From an uncultured delta proteobacterium (GTDB taxonomy: Bacteria; Myxococcota_A; Polyangia; Polyangiales; B10-G4), in assembly GCA_963727445.1 (NCBI GenBank), contig CAVSGI010000005.1, forward strand, positions 128,001-192,000: DNA of 64,000 bases, read 5' to 3'. Under the pieces are notes generated by a model. The model saw nothing but the letters and a program-made list of their open reading frames with translations, did not search any database and was not told the origin of the DNA. Both the position numbers and the translations under genes were made by a program. Positions 1 through 9,026 of the stretch are shown piece by piece; within the stretch, counting starts at the first letter, position 1, and every line of letters starts with the position of its first letter.

Positions 1-805
1 TACCCGTGTAGAGAGAGACGATCCGTCGTTCGTCGTCCCCGGCGACCCACGTCGCGAAGCCCTCGGTGCCGCGATAGAGCGAGTCCATCAGGAGCACGCG
101 ATCAATCTCGTCCGCGAGATCGCCCGCTTCGAGGATGGCGAGCGCGGTCTCGAAGCCGGCGCTGTGGGGCGCGAGGACAATCGAGCGCGCGGCGCCGGCG
201 TCGAGGCCTTCGGGCGCGCCTGCGTCGCGCGCCGCCGCCAACGCGGCTTCGAGCATGCTCTCGAAGGTTCCCTCGACGCGATAGGCGCCGGGCGCGCCGC
301 TGCGCGCGAGCCATTTCAGCTGGGGGACGACGAGAACGCTGTTTCGCTCGGCGGCGTCGTGCACGCGCGCGAGCCCCCAGCCCGGCTGCGCCGACCCTCC
401 GTCGACGCACGCGACCTCGTCGCTCTCGACCAGGGCTCGCACACATCCCGTCCAACCGTGGAGAAAGACGACGATGGCGAAGGGCCGCGACACATCGAAG
501 CCGGCTGGCAGGTGCACCGCATAGGACGGCGCCCCCGCTGGAAGATCGGAATGGGTGGGAACGGGGAGACGACCGTAGGCGGTGATCGCTTCCGAGACGG
601 GGGCCGTCGGCGCGGACTGCGTCTGTGTCTGCGTCTCGGTCGCCGTCTCCGACTCCCTCTCCGTCTGCGTCTGCGTCTGCGTCTGCGTCTCCGTCGCCGA
701 CTCCGTTTCCGGCGCCGACTCCGCTCCCGAACCCCCCGAGGTCTCCGTTTCCCCCGCCGATCCCGCCTCCGTTCCGGTCCCCTTGCAGCCCGTGAGCACC
801 CACAT
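1..805 (-). CDS. Partial lipoprotein with alpha/beta-hydrolase-like domain (runs off the left edge; start uncertain, ~805-840)
   Basis: Own translation, not in the ORF track. Open from ATG 805 to the edge: hydrophobic stretch and LTGC lipobox, T/E/Q linker encoded by (GTCTGC)n, then VVFLHGW, APHSAG and LLMDSLY motifs. Confidence 0.7.
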   Translation of the reverse strand, partial: MWVLTGCKGTGTEAGSAGETETSGGSGAESAPETESATETQTQTQTQTERESETATETQTQTQSAPTAPVSEAITAYGRLPVPTHSDLPAGAPSYAVHLPAGFDVSRPFAIVVFLHGWTGCVRALVESDEVACVDGGSAQPGWGLARVHDAAERNSVLVVPQLKWLARSGAPGAYRVEGTFESMLEAALAAARDAGAPEGLDAGAARSIVLAPHSAGFETALAILEAGDLADEIDRVLLMDSLYRGTEGFATWVAGDDERRIVSLYTG

Positions 806-838
806 CCCCAGCACCCAGAAAACGAGCCGCCAGGTGAT

Positions 839-1828
839 ATGCTGCGAGCCGTGAGCACGGAGCCGGGGGCTGCGACGGTCGCGGCGCTTCTCGACCATGG
901 GGAGCTCGGCTCCCTCGTGCGGGTTCACTCCGGTCAGCCGGGACTGTCGCGGTTGATCACCCATCCGCGGATCCAGAAGTCGGGGTTGGCTTTTGCCGGG
1001 CATCATCACGGGATCGTCCCCACGCGGGTGCAGATCATCGGCGAGACCGAGTTCAGCTTTCTCGAGGGGCTCGACGAGTCTACGCGGGACGCGCGCATCG
1101 CGGCGTTTTTCGATCTCGGGCTCTCCGCGGTGGTGGTCACCCGCGGGGTGACGCCCCTCGGGGAGCTGGTGCTCCACAGCAAGCGCACCTCCTCGCCCCT
1201 TCTGGTCTCCGACGTGCGGTCGAGCCGCACCATCGCCGCCATTCACCGCTCTCTGGACGAGCTCCTGGCGCCCAGCACCACCTCCCACGGCGTTCTGGTC
1301 GACATCCATGGCGTGGGCGTCCTGCTGCTCGGGCCGAGCGGCATCGGCAAGAGCGAGTGTGCGCTCTTCCTGGTGGAGCGCGGCCATCGGCTCGTCGCCG
1401 ACGATCAGGTGATCCTCGCCATCGATCCCGCCGGCCACGTCTACGGGCGCCCCCCGCGGCTGTTGCGCTATCACTTGGAGGTGCGCGGCATCGGCATCCT
1501 CAACATCCGCGACCTCTTCGGGGCCACCGCCGTGCGCCGGCGCAAGATCGTCGACCTGGTGGTGGAGCTCTGTCCCTGGGACGCCGACGAGCCCTACGAA
1601 CGCCTCGGCCTCGAGGACATGAGCCACGAGCTGCTCGGGACCGAGCTCCCCATGCTGCGCATCCCGGTCAGCCCCGGTCGCGACATGGGCGTCATCCTCG
1701 AGGTGGCGGCGCGCAATCAGCTCCTCAAGCAGTCCGGCGTCCATGCCGCGAGGCGCTTCGTCGCCGAGCTGTCGGAGGAGCTGGGCGCCGAGCCACCACC
1801 GCCGGATATCGGGGGCGAAGGTGAGTGA
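839..1828 (+). CDS. hprK: HPr(Ser) kinase/phosphorylase
   Basis: [27 protein letters not shown] Walker A, LVADD, LEVRGIGI, EVAARN. Start is ATG 839 or GTG 851. Confidence 0.95.
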   Translation: MLRAVSTEPGAATVAALLDHGELGSLVRVHSGQPGLSRLITHPRIQKSGLAFAGHHHGIVPTRVQIIGETEFSFLEGLDESTRDARIAAFFDLGLSAVVVTRGVTPLGELVLHSKRTSSPLLVSDVRSSRTIAAIHRSLDELLAPSTTSHGVLVDIHGVGVLLLGPSGIGKSECALFLVERGHRLVADDQVILAIDPAGHVYGRPPRLLRYHLEVRGIGILNIRDLFGATAVRRRKIVDLVVELCPWDADEPYERLGLEDMSHELLGTELPMLRIPVSPGRDMGVILEVAARNQLLKQSGVHAARRFVAELSEELGAEPPPPDIGGEGE

Positions 1829-2720
1829 GGACAACCTTCACGTCGTCGTCGTCACCGGGATGAGTGGCGCGGGGCGCAGCACGGCGGTCCATGTCCTCGA
1901 GGACCTGGGCTTCTTCTGCGTCGACAACCTCCCGCCACCGCTCTTCACCGGCCTGTTGGACCTGCTCGAGCGCAGCGACGACCGCGGAGAGGGCGAGCAG
2001 CCTCCCAAGATCCGGCGCGTCGGCCTGGGCGTCGACGTGCGAACCGGCGCCTTCCTCGAGGGCGTCGGCGAGGTCGTCACGCAGCTCAGGGAGCGCGGCC
2101 ACGAGGTCGAGCTCATCTTCCTCGACGCTTCGGACGAGGCCCTGGTGCGCCGCTTCAGCGAGACCCGGCGCCCGCATCCCCTCGCGCCGGGGGGCGACCT
2201 GCCCGGTGCCATCAAGCGCGAGCGCGCGCGCCTCGGGCCGCTCCGCGCGCAGGCAGGGCACACCTTCGACACCACACACCTGTCGGTACACGATCTCCGG
2301 CGGGCGCTCGTCGATCACATCGCGCGCGGAACGTCGTCGCCGATGATGGTCACGCGGGTCATGAGCTTCGGCTTCAAGTACGGCCTGCCGGTGGACGCGG
2401 ATCTGGTCTTCGACCTGCGCTTCCTTCCGAATCCGCACTTCGTTCCCGAGCTGCGCCCGAAGACCGGGCTCGATCCGGAGGTCTCCGAGTTCGTCCTCGG
2501 GACCGACGACGCTCGTGAGCTCCTGGACGAGGTGAAGAGTCTCCTCGACAACACCCTTCCCAAGTACGAGCGCGAGGGGAAGAGCTACCTCACCATCGCC
2601 ATCGGCTGCACCGGCGGACGTCACCGCTCGGTGGCGTTCACCGAAGCGCTCGCCGCCTACCTGCGGCAGAGTCGCGAGGTGGTGGTGGCGCACCGGGACG
2701 CGGGGCGAAAGCTCACGTGA
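1821..2720 (+). CDS. rapZ: RNase adapter RapZ/YvcJ family P-loop NTPase
   Basis: VTGMSGAGRS, CVDNLP, RRFSETRRPHPL, SFGFKYG, RFLPNP, GCTGGRHRSV. GTG start overlaps the hprK end. Confidence 0.95.
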   Translation: MSEDNLHVVVVTGMSGAGRSTAVHVLEDLGFFCVDNLPPPLFTGLLDLLERSDDRGEGEQPPKIRRVGLGVDVRTGAFLEGVGEVVTQLRERGHEVELIFLDASDEALVRRFSETRRPHPLAPGGDLPGAIKRERARLGPLRAQAGHTFDTTHLSVHDLRRALVDHIARGTSSPMMVTRVMSFGFKYGLPVDADLVFDLRFLPNPHFVPELRPKTGLDPEVSEFVLGTDDARELLDEVKSLLDNTLPKYEREGKSYLTIAIGCTGGRHRSVAFTEALAAYLRQSREVVVAHRDAGRKLT

Positions 2721-3004
2721 CCACGGCGCTTCCAGAGGTGCGAGACACCTTCGAGATCATCAACGAGCTGGGCCTGCACGCACGGGCCGCCGCGCGCCTG
2801 GTGAAGCTCGCAGCGGAATTCGAGGCGGAGGTCGAGCTCGAGAAGGACGGCCAGCGCGCCAACGCCAAGAGCATCATGGGGGTCCTCTTGCTCTGCGGAC
2901 AGCGTGGATCGAAGATCACCATCATCGCCACGGGCGCCGACGCGGCCGAGGCGGTCGAGCAGATGGGGGCCCTGATCAGCGACCGTTTCGGAGAGGAGAG
3001 GTGA
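2717..3004 (+). CDS. ptsH: Phosphocarrier protein HPr
   Basis: GLHARAA (His15) and NAKSIMG (Ser46) motifs; 95 aa. Confidence 0.95.
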   Translation: MTTALPEVRDTFEIINELGLHARAAARLVKLAAEFEAEVELEKDGQRANAKSIMGVLLLCGQRGSKITIIATGADAAEAVEQMGALISDRFGEER

Positions 3005-4785
3005 GCGCTTCGGGCGAACCTCTGGTGCCTGCGCGCAAGGTGCTGAGCGGGATCCCCGCCTCGCACGGCGTGGCGGTGGGCAAGGCGCGCCTGGTCGGCC
3101 GGTCGGCTTTGCGCGTGCCGAGGCGAAGGATCCGCGCGAAAGACGCGCCCGCCGAGGTGGCGCGCCTCAAGGACGCGATCGAGACCTCCAGACGAGAGAT
3201 CGAGGACGCGCGCGCGGCGCTCGGAGACGCGGCGGACGCGGACTACCAGCTCATTCTCGACGCGCACCTCTTGATGCACGGCGACGCGCTCCTGGTGGAC
3301 ACGACGGTGCACACCATCGAGCGGGATCTGCTCTGCGCCGAGTGGGCCCTGAGGCGTACGGTGGAGTCGCTCTCTCTGCAGCTCGAGGCCGCCGACTCGG
3401 AGTACTTCCGCGCGCGCGCCGGGGACATCACGCAGGTCGGCCTCCACATCCTGCGCTGCCTCACCGGCACGCAGGCGCAGCTGCCTCCGCTCGACGAGCC
3501 GGTGGTCCTGGTCACTGACGACCTGAGCCCGGCGGAAGCCGCGCGGTTGGCGGAGAGCCCGCTGGTCGGCTTGATCACCGAGCTCGGAACCGCGTCGAGC
3601 CATACCGCGATCGTGGCGCGTGCTCTCGGCATCCCGGCCCTGGTCGGCGTCGCTGCCGCGACCGACGCCATCGGCGAAGGGGACACCGTGGTCATCGACG
3701 CCCTGAGGGGCGAGGTGGTTCTCGCTGCGGGTGCCGACGAGCAGACCGCGGCCGAGGAGCGCTCGGTTCGGTATCGCGCCTTCACCGCCGGGTTGCGTTC
3801 GCGAGCCGAAGAGAAGGCCGCCACCGCCGACGGGGAGCGCATCATCCTCGCGGCGAACCTCGAGATGCCTGCCGAGGTCGAGGCCGCCGCCCGCCCCGAG
3901 TCCGACGGCGTCGGCCTCTATCGCACGGAGTTCCTCTACCTCGGCCGCGACCAGGCGCCCACCGAGGAAGAGCAGCGCGAGGTCTACGCCGACGTGCTCA
4001 GGCTGATGAATCCGCGCCCCGTCACCTTTCGCACCTTCGACCTGGGCGCCGACAAGCTCCCCGCCGACCGGCGCTTCCCCCGGGGCCCGAACCCCGCGCT
4101 CGGCCTCCGCGGCGTGCGGCTGTTGATGACGCATCCCCGCCTCTTCCGCGCGCAGGTGCGCGCCGTGCTTCGCGCCGCAGTGCACGGAAACGCGCGCCTG
4201 ATGTTTCCGCTCGTGGGCTCACTCGCCGATCTTCGGACGGCGCGGGCCTTCGTCGACGAGGTCGCCGCGGAGCTCACGCAGGAAGGCGAACACTTCGCGC
4301 GCGTTCCGATCGGCGTGATGATCGAGGTGCCGGCGGCGGCGCTCCTCGCCAACGTCCTCGCGAGCGAGTGCGACTTCTTCTCGGTCGGCACCAACGACCT
4401 CATCCAGTACACCTTCGCCGTCGACCGCACCAATCCGCGCGTCGCCACCATGGCCGATCCCCTCGACCCGGCGCTCCTCCGCCTCCTCGAGATGACCGCA
4501 AGCGCGGCACAACAGCGTGGCATCGACCTGTCGATGTGCGGCGACATGGCAGCCAATCCCCTCGCGCTCCCCATCGTCATCGGTCTCGGTTTCCGCACGC
4601 TGTCGATGCCTTCGGCGTCGATCCCCATCGCCAACGCCATCGTCCGGAGCATTCGCGCCGAACGCGCAGCCGAAGCCGCTCAGGAAGCGCTCGCGCTCCC
4701 CGACGCCGCGAGCGTTCAAGAGCTCGTGCGCGAGCGCTTCGCCGACTCCCTCGGCGATCTCTGGGCCGAAGAAGGGGTCGGCTGA
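3001..4785 (+). CDS. ptsI: PEP-protein phosphotransferase (PTS enzyme I)
   Basis: SSHTAI phospho-His, GLYRTEFLY, NPALGLRG, SVGTNDLIQY, MCGDMA. Confidence 0.95.
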   Translation: MSASGEPLVPARKVLSGIPASHGVAVGKARLVGRSALRVPRRRIRAKDAPAEVARLKDAIETSRREIEDARAALGDAADADYQLILDAHLLMHGDALLVDTTVHTIERDLLCAEWALRRTVESLSLQLEAADSEYFRARAGDITQVGLHILRCLTGTQAQLPPLDEPVVLVTDDLSPAEAARLAESPLVGLITELGTASSHTAIVARALGIPALVGVAAATDAIGEGDTVVIDALRGEVVLAAGADEQTAAEERSVRYRAFTAGLRSRAEEKAATADGERIILAANLEMPAEVEAAARPESDGVGLYRTEFLYLGRDQAPTEEEQREVYADVLRLMNPRPVTFRTFDLGADKLPADRRFPRGPNPALGLRGVRLLMTHPRLFRAQVRAVLRAAVHGNARLMFPLVGSLADLRTARAFVDEVAAELTQEGEHFARVPIGVMIEVPAAALLANVLASECDFFSVGTNDLIQYTFAVDRTNPRVATMADPLDPALLRLLEMTASAAQQRGIDLSMCGDMAANPLALPIVIGLGFRTLSMPSASIPIANAIVRSIRAERAAEAAQEALALPDAASVQELVRERFADSLGDLWAEEGVG

Positions 4786-4786
4786 C

Positions 4787-5689
4787 TCAGGCGGATGCCT
4801 CGGCGTCCGGCTCGCCCTCGGGTTCCGGTTCTGTTTCGCGCTGGGCCTCGGTGGTGTGCCGCTCGAATTCGGCGATCACCTGCGCGCCCAGCAAGAGGAT
4901 GATCGCCCCGATCTCGAAGGAGAGCAGCGCGACCACCGCGCCGGCCAGCGAGCCATACACCAGGTTCACCAGCGACAGGGTCTCGAAGTACCAGGTCAGG
5001 ACGTGCCGGGCGATCTCCCAGAGGATCCCAGCGACCACGCCGCCGATCAGCGCGTGACGCGCGCGAACGTGCCCGACGGGCATCACCAGGTAGAAGGCGG
5101 TGAGCATCAGGATCAGGCCGACGACGCCGAGCACGTAGAGCGAGACACCGCTGACGCCTTCGAGTGACCAGGTCGTACCGAAGAGACGGACCTGATCGGC
5201 CTCGATCTGCTCGAGCGCACCGGCGACGAAGCTCACCACCAGGACGCCCACGCCGATCATGCCGATGAAGAGGTAGGGAAGCACCGCGGAGACCAGGAAG
5301 CTGCGGTCCCGCGTCTCCCGGTGGTGGAAGATCGCCGCCATCGCGCTCTCGAGCACACCGAAAGCGATGGAGCTGAAGAAGAGGAGCATCAGCACCACCA
5401 CACCGCTCACGATCTCCCGGTCCTGAACCAGGTTCTGGAGCTGATGGGCGATGTCGGCAGAGTGCTCCGGCATGATCAGCGCGAGATGCGCCTCGACGGA
5501 CACCATGAGCTCGTGAGGATCGACCACGAAGCTCAGCCCCAAGAGGATGAGGGCGAAGAGCGGGACGATGCTGAGCAGACTGTTGTAGGCGACCGCCCCG
5601 GCCAGGAGCAGGCCGCGGTTCTTCCAAAATCCCCGGATCACCCGGACGGCGAAGGGGATGGGCCGTCGGGCGATGTCGAGGGCACGCAC
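4787..5689 (-). CDS. YihY/BrkB family inner-membrane protein
   Basis: AGAVAYNSLLSIVP N-terminal motif, YGSLAG motif, multiple TM helices. Confidence 0.85.
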   Translation of the reverse strand: MRALDIARRPIPFAVRVIRGFWKNRGLLLAGAVAYNSLLSIVPLFALILLGLSFVVDPHELMVSVEAHLALIMPEHSADIAHQLQNLVQDREIVSGVVVLMLLFFSSIAFGVLESAMAAIFHHRETRDRSFLVSAVLPYLFIGMIGVGVLVVSFVAGALEQIEADQVRLFGTTWSLEGVSGVSLYVLGVVGLILMLTAFYLVMPVGHVRARHALIGGVVAGILWEIARHVLTWYFETLSLVNLVYGSLAGAVVALLSFEIGAIILLLGAQVIAEFERHTTEAQRETEPEPEGEPDAEASA

Positions 5690-5694
5690 GTTCG

Positions 5695-6222
5695 CTAATT
5701 AGTCCCGTCGTCCATCCTGGCCAGCATGTCCTCGAGCTGGTTCTGGCTGGCATAGCCAACCAGCCGGTCGACCTCGACGCCGCGTGAATCGAGCAGGATG
5801 TAGGTGGGAACGGCGGCGATGTGGCCCAGATCGGTCGTTCCTTCCGTCACCCGCTCCTGAGGATCGAAGGAGACCACGAAATTGGGGTGCAGCGCGGCCT
5901 CCCAGGCCTGGGCGAAGAGCTCCGGGGTGGGCTGAACGGCGATGGCCAGGACGTAGACCTCCGGGTGATGTCGGACGAAACGCATCAGCGGGCGCACGGC
6001 GGCCTGGCTGACACCGTCGTAGGTGGCGAAGCAGTAGAGGAACGTGGGCTTGCCGCGCAGGTCGCCCACCGTGACGAACGCGCCGTCGGTGGTGCGCAGG
6101 TCGAGCTCCACCGGACCCGGCTGGGACCGCATGCGGGTGACGCCGACGCTCGTTTCGTCTCGGGTGCCCCCGCACGCCGCCATCGCGATCACCAATGCGA
6201 GCGTCGGCACGAGGGTGCGCAT
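5695..6222 (-). CDS. Thioredoxin-fold (TlpA-like) lipoprotein lacking CxxC
   Basis: Lipobox MAAC, DLRGKPTFLYCFATY, VPTYILLDSRG; ATG at 6222. Confidence 0.65.
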   Translation of the reverse strand: MRTLVPTLALVIAMAACGGTRDETSVGVTRMRSQPGPVELDLRTTDGAFVTVGDLRGKPTFLYCFATYDGVSQAAVRPLMRFVRHHPEVYVLAIAVQPTPELFAQAWEAALHPNFVVSFDPQERVTEGTTDLGHIAAVPTYILLDSRGVEVDRLVGYASQNQLEDMLARMDDGTN

Positions 6223-6233
6223 CCGTGCGCCTC

Positions 6234-6861
6234 TCAGTCCTTCTTCTGTCCGGAGAACCCGTCCGCTCGGTCGGCAAAGAGCACGTTGAAGGTGGTGAGG
6301 CTTCCGTAGCAGCCGGTGATGTACTGCTGCAGCTGGACCTTTTCTTGCGCGCTCAAGGACTTCGAGCCGTTGATCTTCTGCTCGAGGACCCGGAGCTTGT
6401 CGCGGATCATCACGATCTTGTTGAAGAGCGTATCGATGGGAAGGCACTTCTCCTGGGTGCCCTCCCGACCGGGCTTCATCACCACTTCGCCCCCGCGCCA
6501 GCGGTCGCCGAACGCGACCTCGGTCGCAGCCCAGCTCCTCGCGGATCACCTGCCTCAGCACGTTTCGAAACTCGTCCTGGTCCATGTCGATGTCGATCTC
6601 CTGCGGCAGAGGCTTCTTCGGCGGAGGAAGCCCCTGGTCGTCGTCTCGGTAGCGGCGTGGTGTACCGGCCGCCTTCTTGCGCTTGAGGGCGCCCTCCCAC
6701 GACGTGCCGATGGCTTTGTAGCTCGCGCATGTCGCGGTGGCCTTCAGGGGCGCCGGCCAACAACCGAGTCGGCACTCGCCCACGCCCAGCCCCTCTTCGT
6801 CGGTGCGGAGCTGGAAGAAGAACGCGCAGGTCCCGCATCTTCCCGACAGGTCGCGCTCCAT
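6234..6861 (-). CDS. Conserved hypothetical protein with Cys-rich N-terminus; apparent frameshift near 6525
   Basis: CGTC...C...C...C N-terminus in one frame continues as EVAFGDRWRGG...KIVMIRDKLRVLEQKIN...QQYITGCYGSLTTFNVLF in another. Confidence 0.6.
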
Positions 6862-6929
6862 CGGCGGCGAATCTACTAAGAACGGATCCCAAAGACCAGC
6901 CGCCATCCATCCAGGTACACTCGCGCGCC

Positions 6930-9026
6930 ATGCGCGCCCGACTCACGACGATCCTCTGCCTCGCGACGGCGCTGGCAGCTTGTCATCCGCCGGACATCGA
7001 CCTCCCCGAGGACCAGGAGCCGACGACCGGGGAGGTTCACGACCAGCCGGTCCCGGTGACCCCCAGGACCCCAGGCGCGGGAGCGATCGAGCACACCCTG
7101 AGGTTTCCTGCGCCTGAGTCGCACTACGTGAACGTCGAGTCGGTCTTCCCGACCGGGGGCCAGGACGAGCTCACCCTCTTCATGGCGGTGTGGACACCGG
7201 GGTCGTACCTGGTCCGCGAGTTCTCGGGTCACGTGGAAGCCGTTGGTGCGGCGACGCTCGAGGCCGAGCCCCTGGCTGTCGCGCAGACCGAGAAGAACCG
7301 GTGGCGGATCCAGACGGGAGGGCACGATCGGGTGGTGCTTCGCTACCGGGTCTACGCGGCCCGCATGTCGGTGCAGGAGAGCTTCGTCGACGACGAGATC
7401 GTGATCTTGAACGGCGCGAGCATCTTCTTGTGCCCGGTGGACCGAAAGGACCTCGAGCACGACATCCTGCTGGAGCTCCCGCGCGAGGACTACCCACGCG
7501 TCGCGACCTCGCTCCCTCCGCACGCCGCCGGCGGCCAGCGCTACGTCGCCGCCGACTACGACACGCTCGTCGACTCGCCCATCGTGGCCGGTGCCGGCGA
7601 GGTGCGGAGCTTCGAGGTGGGCGGCGCGAGCTTCGAGCTCTGGACTTTCGGTGGAGACGAGCTCTGGGACCACGATCGCGCCGCGCGCGACGTCGCCGAG
7701 CTGGTACGCACCCAGGCCGGGTTCTGGGGCGTGGTTCCCTTCGAGCGCTACCTCTTCCTGAACATCGCCGAAGAAAACGGCGGAGGCCTCGAGCACCAGA
7801 GGTCGACGCTGATGATGACACGACGCCAGATGATGTTGCGGCCCTCCGACTACCGGCGCTGGCTCGGGTTGGTCAGCCACGAGTTCTTCCACGCATGGAA
7901 CGGAAAGCGCCTGAGACCCGATGTGCTGGGCCCCTTCGATTACGAGCACGAGGTGCGCACGCCGTCGCTCTGGTTCGTCGAGGGCCTCACCAGCTACTAC
8001 GACGACTTGCTCCTCACGCGCACGGGTCTGCTCACCGAGGATCAGTATCTCGAGCGCGTCAGCGATCAGATCGAGCAGCTCCGAAACACGCCGGGGCGCC
8101 GCGTGCAGAGCCTGGCGGAGGCCAGCGCTGACGCCTGGATCAAGTACTACCGGCACGACGAGAACAGCGACAACTCGACCATCAGCTACTACAACAAGGG
8201 GTCGCTGGTCGGCTTCCTCCTCGACGCCTGGGTGCGCCGGCGCACGGCCGGCCAGAAGAGCCTCGACGACGTGATGCGCCTCTTGTACCAGCGCTACAGC
8301 GGCGAGCATGGTTACGCACCGGCCGACGTGCGAGCGGCGATCGAAGAGGTGGTGGGAGAAGAGCCCCCCGAAGAGCACCCGGAGGGGGAGCCGCGACCCC
8401 CCGGGGAGGTCGACGCGATGATGGACGCGTGGATCGACGGCACCGAAGCGCTGCCCTTCGAGGACGCGCTCGACTACTACGGCCTGGTCTTCGAAGGAAG
8501 CGGCGCTCAGGAGGCAGCCGACGAGGACGAAGAGCCCCCCGCCGGGTGGTTGGGCGTGGAGCTCGACGGCAACTGGGTGACCGAGGTGCGCCGCGGGTCG
8601 CCCGCCTCCCACGGAGGCGTCAGCTTCGACGACGAGATCATCGCCATCGACGGTTACCGCGTGCGAGAGGTGAGCTCGCATCTCGAGCGCCATCGTCCGG
8701 GTCAGACCGTCACCGTCACCGTCGCCCGCCGCGGGCGCATGCGCGACCTCGAGGTCACCCTCGGCCGCCATCCCGACGAGGACGCTTTCGATCTGCACGA
8801 GGCCGAAGCGCTCACCGCCGCCGAGCGCGCCCACCGCGCGCGTTGGCTCTCCGAAGCGCGCTTGCTGAGCGACGCGGACATCGAGGCCGCGAGCGCGCGC
8901 ACCGAGGAGGCCGAGGCGACCGCGACGGCCACAGCGCCCGCTTCACCCGCGGGCGCGACCGCGCTTGCGGAGGAAGAGCCCGAACACGACGGCGAGGAGG
9001 GCGAGGCCCCCGACGAGGAAGAGTAG
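6930..9026 (+). CDS. M61 family glycyl aminopeptidase with PDZ domain (lipoprotein)
   Basis: Lipobox LAAC, WTPGSY, GGLEH, HEFFHAWNGKR, LWFVEGLTSYY, SYYNKG, C-terminal PDZ-like region. Confidence 0.9.
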   Translation: MRARLTTILCLATALAACHPPDIDLPEDQEPTTGEVHDQPVPVTPRTPGAGAIEHTLRFPAPESHYVNVESVFPTGGQDELTLFMAVWTPGSYLVREFSGHVEAVGAATLEAEPLAVAQTEKNRWRIQTGGHDRVVLRYRVYAARMSVQESFVDDEIVILNGASIFLCPVDRKDLEHDILLELPREDYPRVATSLPPHAAGGQRYVAADYDTLVDSPIVAGAGEVRSFEVGGASFELWTFGGDELWDHDRAARDVAELVRTQAGFWGVVPFERYLFLNIAEENGGGLEHQRSTLMMTRRQMMLRPSDYRRWLGLVSHEFFHAWNGKRLRPDVLGPFDYEHEVRTPSLWFVEGLTSYYDDLLLTRTGLLTEDQYLERVSDQIEQLRNTPGRRVQSLAEASADAWIKYYRHDENSDNSTISYYNKGSLVGFLLDAWVRRRTAGQKSLDDVMRLLYQRYSGEHGYAPADVRAAIEEVVGEEPPEEHPEGEPRPPGEVDAMMDAWIDGTEALPFEDALDYYGLVFEGSGAQEAADEDEEPPAGWLGVELDGNWVTEVRRGSPASHGGVSFDDEIIAIDGYRVREVSSHLERHRPGQTVTVTVARRGRMRDLEVTLGRHPDEDAFDLHEAEALTAAERAHRARWLSEARLLSDADIEAASARTEEAEATATATAPASPAGATALAEEEPEHDGEEGEAPDEEE

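Noticed and set aside
615..695. (GTCTGC)n microsatellite as a regulatory repeat
   Set aside because: It encodes the TQ linker of the minus-strand lipoprotein.
5695..6906. 403-aa single ORF
   Set aside because: Chimera of two genes joined by the frameshift near 6525; its middle is out-of-frame sequence.
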